Positions 50,001-58,304 of a stretch of 64,000 bases of DNA are shown here, one piece after another. Under the pieces are notes generated by a model. It did no database searches. It was given only the letters and a program-made list of their open reading frames with translations, and was not told where the DNA came from. The DNA comes from Bacteroidetes bacterium UBA6161 (GTDB lineage: Bacteria > Bacteroidota > Bacteroidia > NS11-12g > UBA955), in the NCBI GenBank assembly GCA_002422315.1, contig DIUJ01000072.1, positions 39,811 through 103,810 of the forward strand. Direction: 5' to 3'. Made by a program: the position numbers and the translations under genes. Position 1 is the first letter of the stretch, and each line of letters starts with the position of its first letter.

Positions 50001-50458
50001 ACTTCTATTTGATTTAAAGATTTATTTAGAAAATTATCCTCTCCATCTACAATCATCTGTGCCGGAGAATTGCCTAATTTTCGATACAAGCAAATCTCGT
50101 CTTTGGTATTGCCTATACGCACATAATAAAGAGAATCCGCACTTAGCAAGTTTGGCTTATTTGCCATTAAAACATAATCGACATAATTTGCAGAGGATGG
50201 GTTAAATTGCAGTTCCAACTTTAAGTACCACTCTTTGGGTTGAAAGCTACCTAGGTTTGAACTCAAATAAAAAGAGCTGTTCGCCACTTCATTTTGGGAC
50301 TGTATACCCGGGTTTAATAGCAAAAAAGCGGAGCTGTCGCCATGCCAAATAATAGAATTAGAAATGCTATTTCCGGAAAAATTGTCCCAAATAATTTGAC
50401 CAAAGGTTATAGATGGGATAAAAATAAAAAAATAAAAAAGCAGTTTTTGGAATTTCAT
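47048..50458 (-). CDS. large secreted protein with three lamin-tail domains and a T9SS type B (gliding-motility-associated) C-terminal domain
   Basis: Signal peptide. Three LTD starts (LKINEIMI...YVELKN, VLITEIMSNP...YLELFN, ILINEILFNP...YVEIIN), each ending in GTPGxxNS-like motifs. C-terminal ISPNGDGYNDLL motif. Confidence 0.8.
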   Translation of the reverse strand: MKFQKLLFYFFIFIPSITFGQIIWDNFSGNSISNSIIWHGDSSAFLLLNPGIQSQNEVANSSFYLSSNLGSFQPKEWYLKLELQFNPSSANYVDYVLMANKPNLLSADSLYYVRIGNTKDEICLYRKLGNSPAQMIVDGEDNFLNKSLNQIEVRVTLDSNYIWNLAYKTWNNSDTLSLFQSQKDTFSKHDFRNCGFTVRQSTSSFFKKHFFYEIYAGPVLKDTIPPAVLSFSLSSDSCIEINFSEAIDSVSASLLSNFSLVDEKYQKLNPMLVEFFTTKLKVCFPYSFKSRQNYVFTVQNIKDLNGNAILDTSFTFRYLVFEKADFGELKINEIMIISSPSKGLPPFQYVELKNTSTKTIYASKFIFSDKVSNVVIPDFYLEPDSFVILCPLAALNFFNVFGKSIGLSSFPILNKTEETVSIRDSMNNLIHSVSYTDKWYGNELAKQGGVALESISDKTTCKQEINWRASIDEQGGTPGKDNSARNFWKDSINLEAKTAIGKFPNYIIVEFSTAIDSNFKLNNAMFSVLGANYQINSLSYIGENSIELKIDSFWPASMVLDLEVKGMRDCKNKELEYTILAMPITRNPNQNEVLITEIMSNPSSQIGLPNAKYLELFNRTDTILNLEGCKYKDNNTEASIPRYLLYPKSYVILCSKNNHALFQDIGESIGLSSFPEPNKTGELLSLLNPEGFEIHSIAYSENWINDNFKKQGGYSLEIKDPFNPCGGVENWGVSNSLIGGTPCKRNSIFQENPDIENPRIFSVFPIDKYTLEIIFTEKLEIEANTNFLNFRIKESNIGVVYPEQYTVLSPKNILLKISKALEEGVEYTLQIGEIMDCAGNKVRNIETKFALPEQIKQGDILINEILFNPEIAGAEYVEIINTGSNYLDLSELFLGNLFEDGSLREFFPISTSGKLLEPFQILCLTALPKEVCTTYNCKYPENILQINKMPSYPQRSGGVVILNESGIFLDSIQYNEKQHYTMLKTYKGVSLERVSTSHKDKGNWQSAASSAGFGTPGYANSQIFSNIVVTKEHFYFKNGVVISPNGDGYNDLLIIGYSLPKPNFKMEIKLYSIHGEPLGTALKATTLEQEGEIFWDAINQSMNSKLMVGNYILFLEAIHESGEVYSKKFTLSVVGN

Positions 50459-50525
50459 TATGCTTGTACTATTGAAGCAAACCTACAAGTTTATTGTAGT
50501 AAAAAAAATAGTACAAGTTCTAATT

Positions 50526-51188
50526 TTACGAAAGTAAATTGCTTTTGATTGCTTCTGATTTTAGCAGGTTACAAATCTTATATCTTTCGTCAGTTGTGTC
50601 ATTTTTTACAGCTAAAAGTAAAGAATAAACATCCCAAAGTCCAATTTTATGGGCCCATTCAAAAGGTCCGAAAGGATAAGCTGTACCTAGTTTCATGCCT
50701 ATATCTATGTCTTCTTTATTTGCAGTACCTTCTTGCAAAGTAAAATATGCCTCATTGATTATCATACAAACTACTCTGGGACTTACCATCCCTACCCTAT
50801 TGGATATTTTTAAAAAGTCAGTATAAGATAAAACTGTTTTCAACTCCGAAGCTATTTCTAAACCAACAGGGGAATTATATTCCAACACGTTTCTTTCCAT
50901 AAAGGTACACATATTGTTAAATCCAAAAACATTATGTTGCATTCCAGTTAGGTTCAAAAGATCAAGTTGAGTATGTAAAGCACCCAAGAGAAAATATGCA
51001 TTTGAATTTTTCGAGAGAATCTCCCATCTATTTATTGGGTCTTTATCAAAGTCAATGTCAATAATTAGTTGTTGATTGGCAATAAAATCTAGTGACAAAT
51101 TGTCAAATTCTTTTATAATATTGCCTTGTGAAATTTTACTTAGCATTTCTGCTCTTTTTTTGGCGTTACCTATCAGTGCTATGTTCAT
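50526..51188 (-). CDS. 3-hydroxyacyl-CoA dehydrogenase-like protein with degenerate N-terminal domain
   Basis: The C-terminal domain is well conserved (RVVCMIINEAYFTLQEGTANKEDIDIGMKLGTAYPFGPFEWAHKIG). The GxGxxG position reads IALIGNAKK and HFFNP reads FGFNN. Confidence 0.6.
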   Translation of the reverse strand: MNIALIGNAKKRAEMLSKISQGNIIKEFDNLSLDFIANQQLIIDIDFDKDPINRWEILSKNSNAYFLLGALHTQLDLLNLTGMQHNVFGFNNMCTFMERNVLEYNSPVGLEIASELKTVLSYTDFLKISNRVGMVSPRVVCMIINEAYFTLQEGTANKEDIDIGMKLGTAYPFGPFEWAHKIGLWDVYSLLLAVKNDTTDERYKICNLLKSEAIKSNLLS

Positions 51189-51250
51189 TTATAGAATTGG
51201 ATTGAGTGGCAAAAATACGAGTAAACAAGGGATAAAAACAATAAAAAAAC

Positions 51251-51631
51251 ATGACACATAAAACTATTCAAACAGACCTATCTCCTGCACCTATTGGCCC
51301 ATATAGCCAAGCAAGAAAATTCAATGGCTTTGTATTTGTTTCTGGGCAAATTGCACTTCACCCCAAAACAGGAGCAATGGTGCAGGATAATGTAGCAACG
51401 GAAACCAAGCAAGTGATGGAAAATCTTCTGAATGTTCTTAAAGCTGAAAATTTAAGTTCAGAACATATACTTAAAACAACTATATTCCTAACCAATATGG
51501 AAGACTTTATGGTGGTTAATGAGGTATACGCTAAATATTTCGAGGAAAAATTCCCTGCTCGTGAAACGGTACAAGTTAGTGCTTTACCTAAAAATGCCAG
51601 GGTTGAAATCAGCTGTATTGCTGCAAATTAA
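51251..51631 (+). CDS. ridA: RidA family reactive-intermediate deaminase
   Basis: PAPIGPYSQA...FVSGQI...PARETVQVSALPKNARVEI. Confidence 0.9.
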   Translation: MTHKTIQTDLSPAPIGPYSQARKFNGFVFVSGQIALHPKTGAMVQDNVATETKQVMENLLNVLKAENLSSEHILKTTIFLTNMEDFMVVNEVYAKYFEEKFPARETVQVSALPKNARVEISCIAAN

Positions 51632-51637
51632 ACCTTT

Positions 51638-52024
51638 TTAGTTTTTGAGCCATGGTAGGCACATGTCAAATTCAGGTATTTCTACTTCAAAGTGAGAATA
51701 CTTGGTAAATTCATAAAAGGTGTAATAGCCTTTCATATTCCCTATGCCGTTTTTAAAAACACAATATGAAACATAAGAATGAGAATCGCCTATTTCCAAA
51801 ACGGGTTGCTGCCCTATCACACCATTCCCTTCTACAATCTTACGAATAGCAGGATAATCTGTTATATACCACTTTCTTTTAATAAGCTGCACCCTTCTGT
51901 CTGAGTGGTTGGTAATAGTTACCTTATAAGAGAACAAATACTCATTTGAAGCAGGACTACTTTGTGCATGCTCATATTTGCAGTCTACTTGAACTTTAAT
52001 CCTATTGGTGGTTTTTACATTCAT
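51638..52024 (-). CDS. apaG: ApaG (DUF525) protein
   Basis: FSYKVTITNHS...W.ITD...GNGVIGQQPVLEIGDSHSYVS. Start chosen at MNVKTTNRIKV. Confidence 0.85.
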   Translation of the reverse strand: MNVKTTNRIKVQVDCKYEHAQSSPASNEYLFSYKVTITNHSDRRVQLIKRKWYITDYPAIRKIVEGNGVIGQQPVLEIGDSHSYVSYCVFKNGIGNMKGYYTFYEFTKYSHFEVEIPEFDMCLPWLKN

Positions 52025-52128
52025 TCTTTGGGCTAAATTAATAGTTAATTCAAAACTACAAAAACTATTAACCAAAAAAAAATGAAATTGTTTTAATTTA
52101 GAAATTTACCAAGAAATGATTTGTAGAA

Positions 52129-52986
52129 TTACTCTCTATTACTCGCTTTAAATAGAATTTCTTTTTCTGATTTTGACAAACTTTCATACCCTGATTTTGA
52201 GATTTTATCCAGTATTTGATCCACCAACTCTTGACTTGGAACTTCCTTATTGACCCTTTGTTTCGGCTTCTCAGGATTTACATAAACCTTGTATTTTCTC
52301 CCAGGTTTGGTTGTATTTTTAAAAAGTTTAAACTCAGGAAGCCTAATATCGGAACGTAACCACTTAATGTATAAATAACCTAGTGCGGCCCCTCCAAGGT
52401 GGGCTAACTTGCCTCCGTCGTTTTGTCCATTTCCTAAAGCAATTAAATCAAATAGAACTTTGGCCAATGCTATCCACTTGAGTTGTATGGAAAACAACCC
52501 AAAAGGTCTAAGTTCGTGGTTTGGCATAAACACCGCCGTTGCTATAATCACAGCTGTAACCCCTCCAGAAGCTCCCACCATTGGCCTAGGCAATTGATTC
52601 ACAAAACCAGGAACGGTATTAAACACTATCAAAAATAATAAACCTCCTATAGCCCCTCCCAAAATAAACACCCTGAATACGTGTTTATTTCCTAATAAAT
52701 CTTCAAAAAGTCTACCTATAAAAAAGAGCCATAGCATATTGGAAAGTATATGAAAAAAACCACTATGAATAAAAATATGGCTAAGCAAAGACCAAGGTTG
52801 AATCCAAAATTTAGATATTAAGGAAGGTAGATAGAATTGTTCTAAGAAAGATTGTACTTGAGGAAGCGGTAATTTGCTCAATATAGAAAACACCACAAAA
52901 ACTGCAATATTTATTATCACTAGTTTCCTAATTGCGCTGTTTCCTTTTGCATAAGCAAACTGTATATCATTCCAAATAGACTTCAT
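52129..52986 (-). CDS. rhomboid family intramembrane serine protease
   Basis: Multi-TM protein with catalytic GASGG (VGASGGVTAV) and His context AHLGGAALG. Confidence 0.88.
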   Translation of the reverse strand: MKSIWNDIQFAYAKGNSAIRKLVIINIAVFVVFSILSKLPLPQVQSFLEQFYLPSLISKFWIQPWSLLSHIFIHSGFFHILSNMLWLFFIGRLFEDLLGNKHVFRVFILGGAIGGLLFLIVFNTVPGFVNQLPRPMVGASGGVTAVIIATAVFMPNHELRPFGLFSIQLKWIALAKVLFDLIALGNGQNDGGKLAHLGGAALGYLYIKWLRSDIRLPEFKLFKNTTKPGRKYKVYVNPEKPKQRVNKEVPSQELVDQILDKISKSGYESLSKSEKEILFKASNRE

Positions 52987-52996
52987 ATGTAGAAGG

Positions 52997-53004
52997 CAAA
53001 TTTA
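52997..53004 (-). promoter_or_regulatory. Bacteroidota -7 promoter element for the rhomboid gene
   Basis: The minus strand reads TAAATTTG, about 10 nt upstream of the ATG. Confidence 0.35.
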
Positions 53005-53047
53005 ATCAAAAGCATGAAACGATTATTGAAAATTCTAGATATGTAGG

Positions 53048-53320
53048 TTTGTTTGGGTTGAAGCAAGTATAAATATCCATATAAGCTATCATTTGGGGAA
53101 AATAACTTAAAGTGCCTTTGCATCTTCAATACTTTCAATAAGCAAACGCTAATAAGTAAAGTTTTAACCCAAACACACCATTGCATATTTTAACCTTTGG
53201 GAGACAACTATAAAGGATTACACTTACAGAAGCGAGCGTTCCACCCATCGAGTCAAGCTTATCTAAGTCATTACAACGTTCGGCGCAGATTCATGGCCAT
53301 ACTCTGAGAGTTTATAACCA
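53048..53320 (+). ncRNA. candidate structured non-coding element (unclassified)
   Basis: No ORF of 60 aa or more on the + strand. A 15-bp helix pairs 53050..53064 with 53161..53175 (13 WC plus 2 G-U, the wobble pairs valid only in the + sense). A GC-enriched patch at 53195..53310 contains an 8-bp stem, 53233..53240 with 53275..53282. No known RNA family recognised. Confidence 0.25.
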
Positions 53321-53690
53321 AAAACTTGTAAACATATCATAATCATTTTTATAAAACCTATCTTTCAATTAATGTTTTTGTTTTCATTGTAAACCCCAAG
53401 TTAATACCTTGGGCTATAAATATTATTCTAAGGCGAAATGGAAACTTACTATTTTGTTGGCCACAAAAACTCCAATAACTAGAGGGCGTAATTTGCCAAC
53501 GCCGAAAATGAAGAGCTAAAAATGAATGATATGAAATTTGGGATCAAGTAAAAATGTGGACATGAACTTAAAAGAGGTATATCCAATATTTCACACTAGG
53601 AATAAATAAGAACGACAAGTAGTTATTAAAAAAGAACTTAGAAAATGAAATTTTAATAAGAAGACAATATGTAAAAACAGATACTATCGC

Positions 53691-53698
53691 TAAATTTG
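53691..53698 (+). promoter_or_regulatory. Bacteroidota -7 promoter element
   Basis: TAAATTTG lies 19 nt upstream of the clpS ATG. Confidence 0.4.
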
Positions 53699-53716
53699 CA
53701 CCGCAAGTAAATCCAA

Positions 53717-54010
53717 ATGCAAAAGTTGCAAAACCATACAAAAACTGAAGACGAGGTATTAACAGAAACAATTAATGCTAGCGGATACGCAATACTTTTG
53801 TATAACGACGATGTAAATACATTTGACTGGGTAATATATTGTTTAACAAAATATTGCGACCATAGTATAGAACAAGCAGAACAGTGTGCATGGCTTGTGC
53901 ACACAAAAGGCAAGTGTATTGTTAAAAAGGGTATGAAGGAAGAATTAGAACCTATTTGTAATGCACTTTGCGAATCTGGACTCAGTGCTGTTCTTACCCA
54001 AAGTTCATAA
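53717..54010 (+). CDS. clpS: ATP-dependent Clp protease adaptor ClpS
   Basis: ILLYNDDVNTFDWVIYCLTKYCDHSIEQAEQCAWLVHTKGKCIVKKG. Confidence 0.92.
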   Translation: MQKLQNHTKTEDEVLTETINASGYAILLYNDDVNTFDWVIYCLTKYCDHSIEQAEQCAWLVHTKGKCIVKKGMKEELEPICNALCESGLSAVLTQSS

Positions 54011-54011
54011 A

Positions 54012-54034
54012 AAAAGCCGCATTTAGCGGCTTTT
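54012..54034. terminator. bidirectional terminator
   Basis: 9-bp stem aaaagccgc/gcggctttt with loop attta, between the convergent clpS and exbD genes. Confidence 0.8.
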
Positions 54035-54052
54035 CAAAAATCATATTACTTA

Positions 54053-54535
54053 TCAATCGTTATATTCTATCTGCCCTTGGTGAGTAGAATAGTTTAGTTT
54101 CAAAGCGTTTGCAGATCTTAACTCTTGTTTTACATCGGTTATTATACCCATTTTCACTTCTTTATCTGCTTTTAGAGAGATAATCATTTTAGCTTTATTC
54201 TCCTCTGTAAGTTTTGCTCTTTCTGCTTCAATAAACAAGATTACTTCTTCAATAGATTTGCTAATTGCATCGTTTAACTGAATTCTAGGGGAAGTACCAT
54301 AAACTTCTTGTAATTTTTCTGTAGGGACCCCTACAAAAACAAAACTTACAAGTGATTTATCTTCTAATTTCACTACCTCTGTAGCTTTGGGAACGCTTAC
54401 TTTTACTTTAAGTTCTGCATCTTTTATACGTGTTACCACCATAAAGAAAAACAGAAGCATAAATACGATATCTGGTAAAGAAGCGGTATTGATTGCAGGC
54501 AATCCTTTAGTGCTATTTTTCTTAAATTTAGACAT
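54053..54535 (-). CDS. exbD: ExbD/TolR family biopolymer transport protein
   Basis: N-terminal LPDIVFMLLFFFMV TM and an ExbD periplasmic domain. Confidence 0.85.
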   Translation of the reverse strand: MSKFKKNSTKGLPAINTASLPDIVFMLLFFFMVVTRIKDAELKVKVSVPKATEVVKLEDKSLVSFVFVGVPTEKLQEVYGTSPRIQLNDAISKSIEEVILFIEAERAKLTEENKAKMIISLKADKEVKMGIITDVKQELRSANALKLNYSTHQGQIEYND

Positions 54536-54549
54536 ACTCTTAATAATTA

Positions 54550-55089
54550 TTATTTGTCACCCATTACGTTTTCAGGTTCTGCCTCCGAAATTTTCTGAGG
54601 ATAAATCTCTTTTACTTTCTTTTGGGCATTTTCTCCTAAATTTTCAAAATTCACACCGTATAGTTCCTGAGACTTTTCGTCTCTTAGTTCATTGTATGCT
54701 CTAAGTAGCTCATTTTGAACTTTGATATACATTTCATAGGAAGTTCCACGGTCATTTTTGATGGAAACAATAGCCAATCTTGGGCTTTCGCTGTAATCAG
54801 GACTAAAGCCATTGTTACTCACATGTTTTTTAACCTCCTCCGTTAGTTCCTCTAGTTTTGCAACTTGGCCTCTAACTAATAGTTGGTTGTTTCCATTCAC
54901 AAGCACATTCAAAACATTTCTTTTCTTTGGTTTAATCGTAACCTCTGTTTTTTCTTGTTTTTGTGGCAATAGGATTTGAAGACCCTTGTCTGAATCAATA
55001 GTAGTAGTTACCAAAAAGAATATGAGCAAAAGGAATGCTATATCTGCCATAGAACCGGCATTAATTTCTGGGATACTTCTTTTAGCCAT
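54550..55089 (-). CDS. exbD: ExbD/TolR family biopolymer transport protein
   Basis: INAGSMADIAFLLLIFFLVTT TM signature. Confidence 0.85.
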   Translation of the reverse strand: MAKRSIPEINAGSMADIAFLLLIFFLVTTTIDSDKGLQILLPQKQEKTEVTIKPKKRNVLNVLVNGNNQLLVRGQVAKLEELTEEVKKHVSNNGFSPDYSESPRLAIVSIKNDRGTSYEMYIKVQNELLRAYNELRDEKSQELYGVNFENLGENAQKKVKEIYPQKISEAEPENVMGDK

Positions 55090-55540
55090 TGATTTTATTA
55101 ATTAGAGATTTTAAAGAAGAGAAAATTGAAAATCCAACTGCAAAAAGCAACATATAAATTGTAGCAGTCAAAACACCTCCTACCATTTTAGAGTCACCTT
55201 CTGTAGTAATGATGCCACCTTTAGAATAAACCTCCGTTACTTCACCTTGGTCCATTGCATAGCCAAAGAAGTAAAGCAATACAATTACTCCCAATCCAAT
55301 TAAGAGTGTTATAGAGGATTTGGGTTTATTTACAAGTGCTGTAATTGTCATACCTATGATTGCAAGAATAGCAATGGCAAACAAAGTATAAGTTATAGCA
55401 AATCCCATGGATACTGCAGCCGATTCTTTGGTTGCTTGAATCTGGTCTGGATCCTCGTTAAATAACCATACGATGTATATTCCTGTGAGAAGGAATACCA
55501 ATCCATAGGCTATTGGTGTTATAATTTTAGATAGATTCAT
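55082..55540 (-). CDS. 4-TM membrane protein embedded in the exb cluster
   Basis: 152-aa hydrophobic ORF that overlaps the downstream exbD start by 8 nt. Confidence 0.55.
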   Translation of the reverse strand: MNLSKIITPIAYGLVFLLTGIYIVWLFNEDPDQIQATKESAAVSMGFAITYTLFAIAILAIIGMTITALVNKPKSSITLLIGLGVIVLLYFFGYAMDQGEVTEVYSKGGIITTEGDSKMVGGVLTATIYMLLFAVGFSIFSSLKSLINKING

Positions 55541-55546
55541 TTTTTA

Positions 55547-56365
55547 TTATTTTACAATTTTATTCTTGATAAGCATATCTACCAAAGAGATAGACGCATC
55601 TTCCATTTCGTTGCTTATAGAATCAATTTTAGACAAAATCAAGTTATAAAAAATCTGAAGGATTATCGCAACAACAAGACCACCTACCGTAGTGATAAGA
55701 GCTAATTTAATACCTCTAGCTACCAATGCAGGGGAAATATCTCCTTCTCTTTCTATATCATCAAATGCTTGAATCATACCTATTACCGTACCCATGAAAC
55801 CCAACATAGGAGCAAGAGCGATAAACAAAGAAACCCAAACCAATCCTTTCTCTAATTCTCCAACTTTCACTGAACCGTAGGATACTACAGATTTTTCAAC
55901 ATTCTCAATGCCTTCATCAACTCTATCTAATCCTTGATAGAAGATACTTGCGATTGGGCCTTTGGTATTTCTGCATTTAGTTTTAGCAGCTTCCACTCCT
56001 TGGCTAACCAATATAGATTCCACTTCATTTACAAACTTCTTTGTATTAATAGTAGACAAGAACAAAGTTATGATTCTTTCAATTGCAATAGCCAATCCCA
56101 AAATAAGGGTTAATAGAACTAAAGCCATGAATCTTGGGTCACCTTCAATAAATTTTTCTTTCAAAAACTGAGAACCTTCTTCTTTTACAGGCTCGGTTTC
56201 CGCTTCAATAGTAGTTTCAGGAGCTGCTTCTTCTGCTGCTTCTGAAGCATTCTCTGTGCTTTCCCCTACTTGCTCTGTTGCAGGAGTCTCGTTTTGAGCG
56301 GATGTGTGGATTGGTTGTGCAATTAAAAATGCTCCAACCATAAGTGACAAAATTACTTTTTTCAT
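55547..56365 (-). CDS. exbB: MotA/TolQ/ExbB proton channel protein
   Basis: Signal/TM, an acidic E/A/T-rich periplasmic stretch, and a MotA_ExbB core (LAPMLGFMGTVIGMIQAF). Confidence 0.88.
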   Translation of the reverse strand: MKKVILSLMVGAFLIAQPIHTSAQNETPATEQVGESTENASEAAEEAAPETTIEAETEPVKEEGSQFLKEKFIEGDPRFMALVLLTLILGLAIAIERIITLFLSTINTKKFVNEVESILVSQGVEAAKTKCRNTKGPIASIFYQGLDRVDEGIENVEKSVVSYGSVKVGELEKGLVWVSLFIALAPMLGFMGTVIGMIQAFDDIEREGDISPALVARGIKLALITTVGGLVVAIILQIFYNLILSKIDSISNEMEDASISLVDMLIKNKIVK

Positions 56366-56556
56366 TTTTTAGTTATTTAAAAATCTGTTTTCTTGTTAGT
56401 AAGTCTGCAAAAATAGAAAAAATAGTCATATACAAAATTAAGTTCTTGTTAAGTCTCCTTTTTTAATCTACTCATTATCAGACACCGCAAATAAAACACT
56501 TTAAAATTGGGGAAAAAAATTACTTTTTAGAAACTTTAAATTCGGCTTTACTATGT

Positions 56557-56564
56557 TACATTTG
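56557..56564 (+). promoter_or_regulatory. Bacteroidota -7 promoter element
   Basis: TACATTTG lies 30 nt upstream of the radA ATG. Confidence 0.4.
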
Positions 56565-56593
56565 ACCACATAAACGGAATATTTCCTATTAAA

Positions 56594-57967
56594 ATGAATG
56601 TGTCTAAAAACAAAACCGGTTTTTTTTGCTCCAACTGTGGTACTCAAAGTGCTAAGTGGGTTGGCAAATGTGTAGCATGTGGCGAATGGAATACTTTGAC
56701 AGAAGAGCCCATATTGAAGAAAAAAAGTACTTTGGTTGTCTCTAACAAAGAACCAAAAAACCAACCCGAAATATTGGATGCAAATGCCCAAATCCAATCC
56801 GAGGAAAGACTTTTTATGCCCGACAGCGAACTAAATAGAACACTTGGCGGGGGATTGGTTCTTGGCTCTGTAGTACTTATGGGTGGCGAGCCAGGTATAG
56901 GAAAATCTACCTTACTCTTGCAAAATATCTTGCAAAGCTCTTACAAAACCTTGTATGTGAGCGGAGAAGAAAGCAAGAACCAAGTAGCAATGAGGGCAAA
57001 AAGGATAGGTATTAGAAATAAAGAATGCTACATTCTTCCAGAAACTAAAATAGAACTTATCCTAAAATATGCAGTAGATATAAACCCCGAAATTATTGTT
57101 ATAGACTCTATCCAAACCTTAGAAACCGATATTTTAGATTCCGCCCCTGGGAGTGTCTCTCAAGTTAAAGAATGTACTGCATTATTGATTCGTTTTGCAA
57201 AGCAAAACAATATTCCAATTTGGATAGTGGGCCATATAACAAAAGATGGAAACATTGCAGGACCCAAGGTTTTGGAGCACATGGTAGATACTGTATTGCT
57301 CTTTGAAGGAGAAAGAAATTTCCATTTTCGAATTCTAAGGGCACAAAAAAACAGGTTTGGTTCTACCAATGAAATAGGGCTTTATGAAATGACCAATAAT
57401 GGTTTGGAAACAGTAACCAACCCATCTGATATACTTCTTAGTGAAACTACAAACAACCTAAGTGGAGTGGCGATTTCTGCTTCTTTGGAGGGCAATAGGC
57501 CTATGCTTTTAGAAGTACAGGCACTAGTAAGCCCAAGTGTATACAGTAGCCCACAGCGAAACAGTACAGGCTTTGACCTTAGAAGGCTTGGAATGCTTTT
57601 GGCCGTATTGGAAAAACGAGGGGGGTATAGATTCGGAGACAAAGATGTTTTTGTAAATATTGCAGGGGGACTAAAACCGGAAGACCCCGGTATGGACTTA
57701 GCGGTTGTGGCTGCAATACTCTCTTCGTTAGAAGATTTACCCATTAGCAAAACCATTGCTTTCGCTGGAGAAATTGGACTAAGTGGGGAAATTAGACCCG
57801 CCTTTAGAACCGAAAACAGGATTACAGAAGCCGCTAAAATGGGACTTAGCGCTCTGGTAATGTCAGATTTTTCAAAAACTTTAGACCATGCCGAAACTAT
57901 ATCTACCATAAAAATAAAAAAAATAGACGACTTAGTTTTACAAAAAATATTTAATTTCGACCTATGA
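56594..57967 (+). CDS. radA: DNA repair protein RadA/Sms
   Basis: Zn finger CSNCGTQSAKWVGKCVACGEW, Walker A GEPGIGKST, KNRFG motif, and a Lon-like C-terminal domain. Confidence 0.96.
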   Translation: MNVSKNKTGFFCSNCGTQSAKWVGKCVACGEWNTLTEEPILKKKSTLVVSNKEPKNQPEILDANAQIQSEERLFMPDSELNRTLGGGLVLGSVVLMGGEPGIGKSTLLLQNILQSSYKTLYVSGEESKNQVAMRAKRIGIRNKECYILPETKIELILKYAVDINPEIIVIDSIQTLETDILDSAPGSVSQVKECTALLIRFAKQNNIPIWIVGHITKDGNIAGPKVLEHMVDTVLLFEGERNFHFRILRAQKNRFGSTNEIGLYEMTNNGLETVTNPSDILLSETTNNLSGVAISASLEGNRPMLLEVQALVSPSVYSSPQRNSTGFDLRRLGMLLAVLEKRGGYRFGDKDVFVNIAGGLKPEDPGMDLAVVAAILSSLEDLPISKTIAFAGEIGLSGEIRPAFRTENRITEAAKMGLSALVMSDFSKTLDHAETISTIKIKKIDDLVLQKIFNFDL

Positions 57968-58287
57968 ATGAAGAGATTGTAAATTTAAACGAACTACAGT
58001 TTATGGTCGACAAGTGGATTAAGGAAATAGGAAAAGGCTACTTTAGTGAACTAACCAACACGGCTATACTCATGGAAGAGGTTGGAGAACTAGCTAGAAT
58101 TATGGCAAGAAAATACGGAGACCAGATTTCCAAAAAAAATGAAACGCAAGAAAACCTTGCCGACGAACTTGCAGACGTTCTGTGGATTGTAACTTGTTTG
58201 GCAAATCAAACAGGGGTAAACTTAAATCAAGCCATTCTTCAGAATTTTGAGAAAAAAACAAAACGAGACAAAAATCGATTTGGGTAA
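57964..58287 (+). CDS. MazG-like nucleotide pyrophosphohydrolase
   Basis: EEVGELARIM...LADELADVLWIVTCLAN. ATGA overlap with radA. Confidence 0.8.
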   Translation: MNEEIVNLNELQFMVDKWIKEIGKGYFSELTNTAILMEEVGELARIMARKYGDQISKKNETQENLADELADVLWIVTCLANQTGVNLNQAILQNFEKKTKRDKNRFG

Positions 58288-58304
58288 ACATTTACATGTA
58301 AACT

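Noticed and set aside
52983-53186. 67-aa minus-strand ORF upstream of the rhomboid gene
   Set aside because: It has no family resemblance and would run through the rhomboid promoter. It coincides with the long-range helix, which I consider the better explanation for this DNA.
53296-53310. CTGAGA motif reminiscent of the TPP riboswitch core
   Set aside because: The flanking conserved TPP elements (GGGG..GC upstream and ACCC..GAACCTGATC..GG.TAATGCC downstream) are absent.
57382-57909. 175-aa ORF antisense to radA
   Set aside because: Shadow ORF inside a highly conserved gene, with no recognisable features.
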